A stretch of 61,422 bases of DNA, counting the filler, from Choristocarpus tenellus KU-1152 (Eukaryota > Protista > Phaeophyceae): the NCBI GenBank assembly GCA_964200185.2. It is 14 parts of 14 records of this genome, joined end to end, with 100 filler letters (N's around TTAATTAATTAA, not from the genome) between each part and the next. Parts side by side here need not be neighbours in the genome. Positions count along the whole stretch, not along the records: positions 23,724 to 32,623 come from CAXNAD020004215.1; positions 32,724 to 35,413 come from CAXNAD020025624.1; positions 35,514 to 38,161 come from CAXNAD020025981.1; 11 more parts are not named here. The stretch is one strand, 5' to 3'. The translations under genes were made by a program, and so were the position numbers. Position 1 is the stretch's first letter, and each line of letters opens with the position of its first letter. Below, in pieces: positions 24,177 through 35,935 of the stretch. The notes under the pieces are model-generated. The model was not told the origin of the DNA and did no database searches. It saw only the letters and a program-made list of their open reading frames with translations.

Positions 24177-27100
24177 CCAGCAGCAGTACCAAGGAGAAGT
24201 CAGCGACACAAAAAGGGAAGAATACAACCTATACAACACTATTTGAAGGAGATAATGAGGGGGGTACCATAAACGCCCAACCTCAACCGAGTCCTGCATC
24301 TACATCTATAGACAGAGGCATCCTTGGTGGCTCGCTAGAGCAGGAAAGGGTGGCGACGTAGAGGCTGAGGGAAGGCTCTGCCCGAAATCCAGGCCTGAAC
24401 CGGTACAGCGTGTTAGGAGAAGACCAAGAAGAGGAAGGCGAAGACAGTGCAGCAGTGACATTCGACATCCAGACATACATGAACCGCCAACTCGTCTATG
24501 CCAAGAAGATTGTAGATGAAGCAATGGAGGGGACTCCGCACGATCAAGGTTTGGTGGCCGCGGCTATGCAAACGCTGAATATGAAGGGACAGACTCCGAT
24601 ACTGTTCATTCAATGTCGGTGTGTTACCTGCTATTCTAGGAGTTTTGCGTTCAAACCCTCAGCGTTATGAGAACTTCGCAGCACTACTAGTTGATGCCAC
24701 AGTTTGCCAAGCGTCTGCCATGTCGAGTCTGGATAGAGGATCGTTTGCCCATGTTGTGACCTCCAGCATATCCGTCAATATGGAAAACTTGCATCCAACG
24801 GATTTACAATCCTCTGACCTTGGCCCGCTGTTGACTGTGGCAAAGACTCTTGAAGGCGATCTGGAGAGGGCTAACTCCGCCAAATGAAATCGAAGCGACG
24901 TACCCACACGGTCTAACGAATCTACACGATCTTTCCCCTCAACCTTTTCCGAGCCCTCTGATTCCCGCCCAGTGTACAATATCAAAGGTTGTAGTGCGAG
25001 ATCGAGACGTGGACATGCAACGGAAGTTGTTGGGCCAACCCTAAGGGGCAACAACTACTGCCCCTTAAGGAAAGGCCGTGAACGTCGGACCAGAAGAGAC
25101 CACCGAAATCAAGATACCTAGAAGTCATTCGACCAGTTGGTGTCTGCTATAACAGCATGCCTAGCGGATTCATTACGTTCAATGCAATCAAAGTCGAAGG
25201 ACAGCCAAGACCACCCTGAACCGGGCGAAAAACGAACTAGGACCGGACAGACATAGGGGTGACTTACAGAATCTGTTTCCCAGGAAACTGTAGGGATAAG
25301 AAGTCAAGAAGAAACTAGGTACTTGTTGTGTAGGGCAGACTTGGATGTACTAGAGAGAGCAAATAAGACCCAACACTTTAAAAATTCAAGGTAAGCACAC
25401 CAAAAGTTTCCACAAGAAGGACATGTAACAACTGTTGCATCTGCTCTATCTTTTTCCTCATAACCTCTTTTGGGCGTAGGTGACATTTCTTTCACACCTC
25501 AAATGTGTTGTTCCACTTTTTCATACTGTTGGCATACATCAGCAATCCAACACTCTTCTAACTCCCTTCGTGCGCTAAATGTTTCATCTCGCTGCGTAAA
25601 AATTCCTGGGTATGTTGAAAATGAACCCTTAATGAATATTATTGTTGATACTGCTACTGACATTCCAGTAATATCACTTAGATACATTGAAGCCCACCCA
25701 ACACTTTGCAAGGCACCCATTCGGTAGATTCCAGCAGGCGCTCTGAATTTAAAAGGAGCAGGTGGTAGACCTCTTTCTGTTAATGGTTTCATTCAATTTA
25801 CACTACGACTTGGTGACATATCAATGCCTGTCCAAGCAGTTGTCATACCTAATCTGGGAGTAGATAAAATTTTATTGGATAACAGCATTATGTCGGCATT
25901 TGGGGCAGTGCTAGATTGGGACAGAGAGGAGATGTCGTTCAAAGACAGTAATCAATGCATCCCAGCAAAACACAAAATTGTACCCCTTCTCATCTGTTCC
26001 CCCCCAAAGGTTTTGACAGACTGGAAATGCACCTCATTTTTCAATTTCAGTAATCACGTCTGAATCTGTTACACCAGTATACACAGTAGAAAGATATTCC
26101 TTCCCCCTGGCACGGAAACGCTTGTTCCAGTTTGTTCTCAGGCACTTCGAGGAACAGCTACCAATGCAGTGGTGGAACCTATCATTTATACTGGCACAGA
26201 CCTCCAGCATGAGGACGACATACATCTGCACTGGCAACACATAATGCTCAGTCGAACCCTCTCTGTTTGAGAAGAAGATGGAGGATATTTAGTCAAAATT
26301 CCCAATCTTTCACAAAAAGGGATCAAGTTACCAGCAAAAATTGTAGTTGGTCATATTTCCCTGTTTCCAATACATATGCCCTGTCAGACACCACGGTAAG
26401 TGCAGTTGCGACTGCACCCTCTACCCCTGAAGAACTGAAACGGGCTAGGGAGGAATTGAAGTTGGTTTTTTCTAAGAAGGCTTTACAAATACTCAGCTGA
26501 CACTGTCTGAACAAGAGGAATTACTAGATATAGTGGCTAAATTCAGACCATTCTTTTCATTATCCGAAAAAGAATTAGGTTGTTGCACCACTGCTTCTGT
26601 TAAGTTTCCACTACAACCAGGCACTAAACCGGTTAGTAGACCACCGTATCACGTGGCACCAAAAAACGCGACACTATACGACAATGTAATTGATATGGAG
26701 AAACAGGGTATAATAAAACCCTCTTCTGGCCCATGGGCATCCCTTGTTACCGTTGTTGCCAAACCTGATGGATCACCTCGATTGTGTGGATTTTAGAGGA
26801 ACCATAAATAAACATTTGATACGTAATTCATGGCCTTTACCATCCATGGATGAGGGGTTATCCACGTTGGGGGGTTCAAAATATTTATCTTGTTTAGATA
26901 TCCATCAGCCTATTGGCAACTACCTATAACTGATGAATGCGAACGACAAAAAACCGCCTTCATCATGCCGGATGGGAAATATGAGTTTCAGAGGTTACCT
27001 TTGGAGTACAAAATGCACCGTAGATCTTCCAACGCTTTATGTCTGAAACTTTTCCCAGTATCGATCCTAGCTCAGGGTTGGTATATTTAGACGATATTGT

Positions 27101-30100
27101 TTTGGCCTCCCCATCATAGACACACCATAAACAGTTGGTCACTACAGTTTTGTCAATGTTATAAGATGTAGGGATTACGTTAAAGCCATCCAAGGCTCAA
27201 TTTAGTTCACAACAAGTCCATTATTTGGGACATGATGTTAGCCCACAAGGAATTGCAGTATCCCAAGCTCGTATTGAAGCTATATTAGATATGCATCCTC
27301 TTCAAACTGTGAAAAGCTTACAATCTTTTTTAGGTGTTCGATGAACTTTGTTAGGAAATATATTCCTCACCTAGCAACAGCAACAGAACTGTTAGTTGAA
27401 TCGATTCACCATACACAGAAAGGAAATTCAAAGAAGATAACACCTCAGTAAAACGAGCAAAGAAAGACCACAAGGATATCTCAAATCGACCATAGCACAC
27501 TGCTTTTGACGAATGCAAACGACTTTTATCTAGGTCTCCAGTGCTACACTTTCCTGATTTTTCTAAGGAAATTTTTATCCATGTAGATGCCAGTAATATG
27601 GGGACAGGGGCGTTTTTGGCACATAAAAATGATGATGGCAATTTTGATATAATTGCATACCATAGTGCCTTATTTCCCCCCTCCCAACATAAATATTCTG
27701 CAACACAAAAAGAGTCCTTGGCAATCCAACAATGGAGATCATATATTTGGGGTAAACATTTCACAGTCATTAGTGAACATTCAGCCTTACAGTGGCTGCA
27801 TACAATGCAAGATACGTCCAATCTGTTAACTCGATGGGCCTTAGCTTTGCAAATTTTTGATTTTACCGTCCTTCATAAGCCTAGCAAATTACATTACATC
27901 CCAGATATATTGTCAGGTCCTCAACTGGAAGAATTTTGTAAACACGAATCTGAACCAGCACCCCTAATCCCTATATGTCGAAATGTGGGTACAAAAACCA
28001 CTGATGCAAGTTCTCAAGCAAGTAAGGTATACCCTGCCTATGAATTGTCCATGGATCGACTAGGTGAAATCACTAAAGTGGCAAATGACTCTGAGCTCTT
28101 TGCAAGCTCCATCAATGTTTTCCCTGTAATTGATACAGAAGTTCTAGCCAAGGCTCAACATGATTAGTTTGGAGCTTATTTTCAATACCTGGCAGACCCA
28201 AGCAATACAGCATTACCTACACCATGTCATATTTTTTCCCTCAAGAACGAGAAAATAGATTTTTACTCTACCGGTCGTATCAACCTGGTCAACTTCGAAA
28301 AAACGGAGAATTTCGAGATCAGTTAGTAGCCCCAACGGAGGTTCAGGGTGTGATTCTACACGCCCTACATGACCATAAATTTTCCGGCCATCTTGCTTTT
28401 AAGCACACCTTTGACCGAGTTCGCGATAGAGTTTGGTGTCCAACCTTCCATAAAAATGTGAGGAAGTGGTGTGAAACTGCCAGTCCTGTCAAAGACGTAA
28501 GACCTCGCACACTCTCACCCCATTATCGACAGGACATATGCCTATCACACATCCATTTCAACGACTTGCTATTGACCTAGTTAAATATAAGACCACGTCA
28601 GACGATGCAGAATATGTGTTGTCCGCTGTAGACCATCTTACAAGATTCGCAATCTTGGTTGGTATTGCAAACAAGCAAGAAAAAACCGTGGCTAAAGCTC
28701 TCGTTGATCGTATTTTTTCCGTCTTTACTCCTCCTGAAACACTCCACACTGACCAAGGTAAAGAATTTGATAATAAACTCCTGGCAGAGTTGAGTAAAGT
28801 GCATGGATATCATAAAACCAAGACAACGGCATATCGACCACAAGGTAATAGTATATGTGAACGTATTCATTCTACAATGCATGGTATGCTGGCCATGTAT
28901 TCAAATATGACCCAATCTGACTGGGCCTCAATATTACCCTTTGTCCAGCTAGCACAAAATACAGCCTACAATACCACTGTTCTAGAAACCCCATTTTTCT
29001 CATGTTTGGGAGGCGCCCAATTTTACCAATTGGTCTTATTTTGGGGGTCCCTGAGGCCACTCCCATAACTGTACAAGAATACAGTATGGAAACAGTGGAG
29101 AATTTACAACTAGCCTATGAATTAGCCCGGCGTAATATTGGTGAGATGGTTTTACGGAACGAATCGAAGAATGTGAACTATAAACTCCCACTGTACGAAC
29201 CCAGAGATAAAGGGTGGCTACATACAAACCACATACTTCAGCTGATGCACCAAACCCCAAGTTATTGTCCCCTTGGAGGGGACGTTACCAAGTGAAGGCA
29301 CATATAACACCTGTTGTATATCGCGTAAAACGCTTGGAAGATCGACGGGAAGTGACAGTTCATGTGGCCAGACTTAAACCCTACAAGGAGGGTAAAGCCA
29401 CAGAGCCAGGTAAGGTTGCCCTTAATTCACTCTTTTTAGGCCGCATCTTACCAGAACCGGATCTTGATCAGGGGTCAAAGACACAGCCAACTATTGGATC
29501 TTAAAATGTCGAGGGCATTGTTGATCATAAACGTGGAGTAGGAAGAAAGATCACCCGCAATTATTTATACCGGCTCGATTTCAAGGATATTCACCCGCCA
29601 GTGATGTATGGCGCAAAGCTGTGCAATATAGGCTAGGAACTATATAGCGATTTATATCTTTAGTGAACAGAAGAATATATCATAAGTATTGATTGAGTAG
29701 AATAAGGGTCAAGGATTTCATCTGGTGTGCTTAGAGTCACAGGTTCGAGTCTCGATGGATTCATTTCTTTTTATTTCAATACAAGTGGCTGACGTAGTGC
29801 GACTTACACAGACACATTTTGACGTGTCTGACGACGTGCGCAATAGATAATAATATAAGAGCACCCCACCACCAAGGGCTGTGCTCACTCCGCTAATAAA
29901 TAAATCCATACAACTTAAAGCAAAGACTATTGGAAGAGTTCTCTTTTGCATAAAAGCCGTTGAAATACCTGAATGTGCAGCCTATAGGGATGAGAACAAG
30001 TTGGACCTCCCTAATGTAAGAACCACTGACCAAGCGATTTGTCATAATCAAAAGACACCTACCACTACAACAGCCGAAGAATTTGTACTACCACCAACCG

Positions 30101-30173
30101 GACGTCCACCTAATAGCAACCAGCCTCCTTTAATACTTGTGACACCCCTCCTTGTGGACTGGAAAGTGCGATG
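24177..30173 (+). pseudogene. pol: Gypsy gag-pol with many frameshifts and stops
   Basis: PR IIVDTATD (~25640); RT PWAS..V.KPDGSPRLCVDFR, SAYWQL, KTAFI, VYLDDI (~27085); RH VDASNMG; IN zinc finger HDH..SGH...C..C, core LHTDQGKEF and AYRPQGNSICER; KLLSPWRGRY; chromodomain VEGIVDHKR..YLYRL.FK..SPASDVW. Confidence 0.95.
29620..29952. mobile_element. 333-bp solo LTR-like insertion in the Gypsy chromodomain
   Basis: 5-bp TSD AAAGC at 29615-29619 and 29953-29957; termini TGTGCAA...TTGCATA (inverted repeat with the terminal CA mutated to TA); removing it restores the reading DVWRKAVEIPEC. Confidence 0.85.
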
Positions 30174-30321
30174 AATTCCTCGATTCTAGTGGGTTGCCGG
30201 CCTGGTGAGTTGCCACCAGATTCCACAGATAGAGAAGATGTTTCTTTTTCACTACCAAGATGGTGGAAGCGACGCCGATAGATTCTTGAAGACCATACCA
30301 TGGCTCAGTCCGGGTGGTATT

Positions 30322-31221
30322 TTCAGAGCTGATCTAGTTAGCGACTTCAGTCTCGCGAGGTAGAAAGACTGCTCTCATCCGGAAACAAACACAGGTTGGT
30401 CCTATCTGTGAGGAGCATGCATACCTTTCAAAATATTATTTACCTCAGGTATAATATTTTACTTCATTATTTCTTTTAAACAAACTGTGCACATATAATA
30501 AAAAATTAACAGTCCAACTTACTGGTTGTCCAAACACCTTGGACGTAAGTTGTTGAAGAAGAGGTGATAGTAAGGGATAATGAGTCTTCCAACCACCCTT
30601 GACACTGTTCCCACAACACTCCCCAAAAGATTACTTGATGTACCAAAGCTGTGGTAATACTGAGCTTCATCCACTCAGACCCCAGGAGATACGTAGGAGA
30701 CAGGCTGCTCCACGCCATTATTCTCACTGCGCTGTACACCAGTTAACACGGATCTCACTTGGACTGAGGTCATATTCAGAGCTGATCTATTAGACGACTT
30801 TAGAATCGTGGAGTAGAAAGATTGCTGTTATCCGGAGACATTAACACAGAGTGATTCCACCTGTTAGAAGCATGCATATAACTTTTCTGTTCAAAATATT
30901 ATTTACCACGGGTATAATATTTTACTACTTTTCACTAATGCGCATATTATAAACATTTAAAGTCCATCTTTTTCTGGTTGTCCAAGCACCTTGGAGACAA
31001 GTTGTTGAACAAGACGTGATAGTAAGGGATGATGAGTTTTCCCCACCCTTGACACTATCCCCACAACACTCCCCAATAGATGACTTGATGTACGAAAGCT
31101 GTGGTGATACTGAGCTTCATCTACGCGTAGGAGACAGGCAGGTTCATGCCATTTTTCTCTCTGCGCTTTCCACCCATTAACACAGATTTCACTTGGACTA
31201 GAGTGCGACCTAGGGCTGATC
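30322..31221 (+). repeat. Two tandem ~453-bp diverged repeats in the Gypsy 3' non-coding region
   Basis: AGAGCTGATCT at 30325 and 30778; collinear similarity throughout; a third homologous core lies at 31915-32171. Confidence 0.9.
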
Positions 31222-31914
31222 ACCACTAGTGCTCCACCTTTCATTTTTGTTTTTGCCCTAAGTTGATTCAACCAGTATGTTTCATTTTTTTTTCCCTCCC
31301 AAAGATAGACCTGTTCGACATGAAGTGCTGGCCAGTCACTTTTGTGTTCGTGTCGGATAGTATCCACACTGGGGGGGGGGGCAATGTCAGGAACAGGTTC
31401 CTTTTTTAGGATCTCCGACACACACACTTGTGCATAAGACGCGCGGTCATATGCAATTGTGCGCGCTATTCACGTCATTTGAGCTCAACCATACCGACCA
31501 GTCCAATAAACCAACCCACACCCATAAGATCCGGATTTGACCAAACAGTCAAAATGGACTGTCAGAACAAAGAACCATTCCGATTCTGACTAATCCATTT
31601 CTTGCTGTGACGTTGCACAGTTATTCCGGAAATCTGTTGTGTTTGAGGTTTTTGTTCTGTTCTGGATTTCCTCATCTGTTCTGAGATGTTGAGTCAAGAC
31701 CTTTGAAACTCGGTCTCACCCTCTGAGGTGGAAGAGTTAACTCCGGTGATTGTGATTGTCCCCTTGAGCAGAGAACTTGGCACCTTTGACACTTCCACAC
31801 TTACTCCATTACCTATAATTTGATCCTAGAGGCTAGAAAACACTTATTGCTACCTAGAAAAAAACATACAAATCTCTTCCCCAATTCACCTCATTCATAG
31901 GATACAAGATTTTG

Positions 31915-32623
31915 AGTCCAACTTTCTATTTGTCCAAGCATATTGGAGGCAAGTTGTTGTACAATAGGTGACAGTAAGAGATGATGAGTTTTCCAATCAC
32001 TCTTGACACTATCCCCACAAGACTCCACAATAGATTACTTGATGTACCAAAGCTGTGGTGATACTGAGCTTCATCCACTCATATCCCTGGGGGCACGTAG
32101 GAGACAGGGAGGACAACGTCATTTTTCTCATTGCACTCTCCACCCGTAACACAGATTTTTTCTCTTGGACTAGAGTGCAACCTAGGGTTGATCATCATCA
32201 GTGTTCCACCTTTTCATTTTTTTCCCCCTGAGTTGATTCAATGAAGATGGATTTTTTCCTCCTAAAGGAGGACTTGTCCGACATGAAGTACTGGCCAGCC
32301 ACTTTTGTGATCATGTCGGATGGAATCCACACTGGTGGGGGGGGGGTAATGTCAGGGACAGGTCGCCTTTTTGGGATTTCCCGACATTAATGAGGATAAT
32401 GCGCACAGTCATATACCGACTGGTCACAACCAATCACAGTGGAGCTTGATCCACATGGCACTCTGAGGCTGTCAACATACGCCCAGCACGCTTGTGTCTC
32501 ATCTCTCACTTTCTTTCTGAACCTCATCTTTGGTGGTTCTTGTTGAAACACTAGTAAACCCCTGAGCTACCGAGCAGATAGTCAGCTGACTCTGCAAACT
32601 GTGTACCAAACACACACATGGAT
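31915..32623 (+). mobile_element. 3' end of a related Gypsy element (3' region, PPT, LTR starting at 32350)
   Basis: 31915-32349 is homologous to 30961-31384; poly-G PPT followed by TGTCAGGGACAGG. Confidence 0.8.
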
Positions 32624-33348
32624 NNNNNNNNNNNNNNNNNNNNNNNNNNNNNNNNNNNNNNNNNNNNTTAATTAATTAANNNNNNNNNNNNNNNNNNNNN
32701 NNNNNNNNNNNNNNNNNNNNNNNCCCCCCTCCCCCCATCCTACAAAAAAGGAAGATCTATACTTGCCCTTAAATTCATAAATGCCATTCAAACATATAAA
32801 TGTTGTTCGATATTATTGTAATAATTCTATTCTTTAATTTATTTGTAGTAGTTTAGGAAACATTATTCTAGTGTCTACTTAATCACAAGTTTTAATTTTG
32901 AGGTCGAGAAGTGAAGATGGATTATTTCCCTTACCTATTCACAATATATAATCTTACTTACATTGATTTGGTTAAAACTTGTCTCATATTTTGATTGCAT
33001 CTCCATTTCTAAATCGTGTTAATCATTCTTTTTATTCTTACCATTGATTGTAACTACTATTGCTATGATTGGCACTATATGACATTCTAATACTGACATA
33101 TGTATAGTTTTCATTTGTTTCCCCCTTGACACATCTGCAAAATGTCGGAGAGCATAATAATATTATAGTTGGTACTATCTTTTTATTATTATGCCCTCTG
33201 ACACTTTGCAGATGTGCTATATTGGTATAGGTTCGATTCCGTTTCAAATTACGCACACTCACTAAAAATGTGTCAATGTATAATGGCAAAAAATATATTT
33301 TCCAACAATCGTTACATTGTAAGTACGATTTTTATGCTAAGTTTACTT

Positions 33349-33387
33349 GCTTTGCTCGCGCGAGTTCGAATCTCACCGGTGTCGCCA
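33349..33387 (+). pseudogene. 3' half of a tRNA (Ser-like) ending in CCA
   Basis: GCTTTGCTCGC GCGAG TTCGAAT CTCAC CGGTGTC G CCA: T-arm, acceptor 3' strand, G discriminator and CCA. No 5' half found upstream. Confidence 0.6.
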
Positions 33388-34411
33388 ATATGAATAGTAT
33401 GATTCTGTGCCAGCATGGCTCGGTGTAAGTACCACTATCATGAGGCAGGTTCCAATCAGTCGTAGGAGGTGTTCAGAATCACCAGTTGTGTCAAGGTGGA
33501 GTGAAGTTTGAATGAAATCTGGGATTCGATAGGTGACGTCACATACTTGTGACCATCAATGGCAAGCGGTCCAAGAATTAATTCTCAGGACTTATCTGTG
33601 TTTGATTTTGGTGTATACGTCACCAATGACAAAGAAATGTGCGCGCAATACACATATCTGTGTGCGTGGATGTGGATTGGACTGAGATCAGCTCCCAATA
33701 CGACCTGTCCATCACACATACTTCCAAATCTTGACAACTCACAAGATTATTAACCTGCATGCAATGCGCGAGGAATAATTTCCGATTTCTGAGGAAAGGG
33801 GATTTAGGATGTAGCTGGACCTCATTCCACCCTTGTGTCCACCTTCAAGGAATCTCGCTTGTTCTGGCCCTGATCAAGTTGTAGTTTCGTAGTGTTTTAT
33901 AGCGGTTTTGGTGGTTACAAGTGTATATTTGCTACACGCTTGCATCCTTTCCTTTTCTTGGTAACAACATAACTATAGTCAGACGTCCTCATATCTAAGG
34001 TGAACGAATGGTTTGTGTGTAGATCTTAGGGAGCGTTCCACAACCTTACCATGATGGGATATGCAGTTCCAATCCACCAGGCTCTATGTGGACCATGAAT
34101 CTCGTAGAATACTCCAAATAATGTAAATGTCGTCAAAAATGCTGGATCTCTCACTTCGATTATTCAATTTTTTTGCTTTCATAGGCGTATAAGAGATAGG
34201 ACCGCAAAAAGGTGTGCCACCTCTATACTGCATCATGATGACTAAATGATCAATAAATAGTCAAGAAGTAAAAATATATAAGATCTAGGACTTGAATCTA
34301 ATGATGGCGTTTATGACACCTCCAACAATAAATATTGCCTGCAACATAGAATGCCCGTCTCTTGGAGAGTTGTTTCCCGCCTTTCGCAATCAACCTGTAC
34401 ATTGTATATAA

Positions 34412-34795
34412 CTAGCTGCTGAGGATCACTGGAATCAACAACCCTACATTAATAACACAAGCAAAGATGAAGATCATGTCAACTGCCTTGTAGCACAGAA
34501 ATGGTTGGTATGAGTGGACATCAATGTGTTCCAAGTGCTGCTGGTAGTCAGATCACATTGTATCATCTGAATATCGTTGTTCTGGATGTCATCAATCTTA
34601 CGACATGACTGCAACATGATTGTACGTGTACTTACACAATTCCCCGCGCGTGTTCGCTACTTGCGCAAAAAAAACAATAATATCGTGCTTTAACATACCT
34701 CATGCTTGTACAAATGCTTCGTGGCTCTATCAGACAATCCGAATAGAAGGCAAAGACAGAAGAGCATAGCGACTTGGAACTGCCACGCCAACCCC
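34412..34795 (-). CDS. Last two exons (34795-34699, 34486-34412) of an unknown membrane protein
   Basis: GLAWQFQVAMLFCLCLLFGLSDRATKHLYKHE-AVDMIFIFACVINVGLLIPVILSS*; GTATG donor, AG acceptors, two hydrophobic segments. Confidence 0.4.
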
Positions 34796-35711
34796 CTGGT
34801 ATGACACATGAAACGAACAACAAGCTCCTATCACATACATGCCCTCCATCATGGAGCATACGTAATGACTTCAACACTCTGAAGGGCAAATGCAATTGGC
34901 AACACATACTTATTATCAACATGTGAACGCAGAAGCGTTGTGGAAAGACGTTTACAATACAACATGGTAAAAGAAAACTGCTATTGTGATAAATGCTACG
35001 AGAGACTCCTGCTCAAACTCAAACATAGAGACACAGATGATCAAATAATTTATTTGAAAACTCGACATATGAAAGTAAAAAAAACATAAAAAGTGAAGTT
35101 TAGTCCATTAAATGCCCTTCCCTGGACTGGGTATACTTCTCAAATTCAATTTCTGCTTCTCCACTCCTCATATGTTAACCTTCAGTCCGTCCTCCTCCTC
35201 TACAGGCATGCACTAACCTCCTTCTGCTATCTTGACCGCACTGCAATTATTGGCTGAGTACCCCTGTATGTTGTTGGGAATGACTACCCATCTCTGACTT
35301 GTCCAGCTCTATGCAGTTTCAATTATGAGGTAGTCTGTGTGTGGGCTCGTCTCCTTCTCATCCTTCCATACTTTGGGTCAAAGTATCTGGGGGGGGAGGG
35401 TGGTTTGCGAGGGNNNNNNNNNNNNNNNNNNNNNNNNNNNNNNNNNNNNNNNNNNNNTTAATTAATTAANNNNNNNNNNNNNNNNNNNNNNNNNNNNNNN
35501 NNNNNNNNNNNNNGTGTAGACCCCCCCGCCCCAGATACTTTGGGTCATAAGCAAACTCACAACAACCCAATACACCTGACCTCCCCCCTGGTTTTGCCCT
35601 GTTAGCTACCAGGGCATTGAAAAACGTTACCTACCTCACACCGAACTATAGAAACACCCTTTGTACCTTTTTTTTGCCTACTCAGTGGAATCTCCTGCAA
35701 GTTTTGGTCAC

Positions 35712-35935
35712 CTGAGAGTAGGCAAGGAATCGAAAATGCAAAGGCAGTGTGCGTCCAACTAGACTTCCCCCAACCCCTGCCCCGCCTTTTCCTGCGCTCT
35801 CCCCAGCCATGATTTCAAAGGCCTGGAAGGCATTCTCTGCAATAAAAATGGGGCACAATGCCAGGGGTGTAGAGGTGGAATTGTAGAAACTGCCACCACC
35901 ACTGCTGCTGCTGTTACCACTGGAGTCCCCCATTC
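35712..35935 (-). CDS. Probable exon of an unknown protein
   Basis: Open frame ...PLALCPIFIAENAFQAFEIM...LHFRFLAYSQ bounded by AAG and GTGAC. Confidence 0.4.

Larger units (their letters stand above)
23853..31791 (+). mobile_element. Ty3/Gypsy LTR retrotransposon with chromodomain, degenerate
   Basis: 5' LTR 23853-~24177 (truncated) matches 3' LTR 31385-31791 (TGTCA...TGACA) at about 94%; G-rich PPT at 31371-31381; domain order gag-PR-RT-RH-IN-chromodomain. No TSD found. Confidence 0.95.

Noticed and set aside
35375-35546. One complete MITE spanning the gap
   Set aside because: The ends lie on either side of an artificial spacer and share no TSD.
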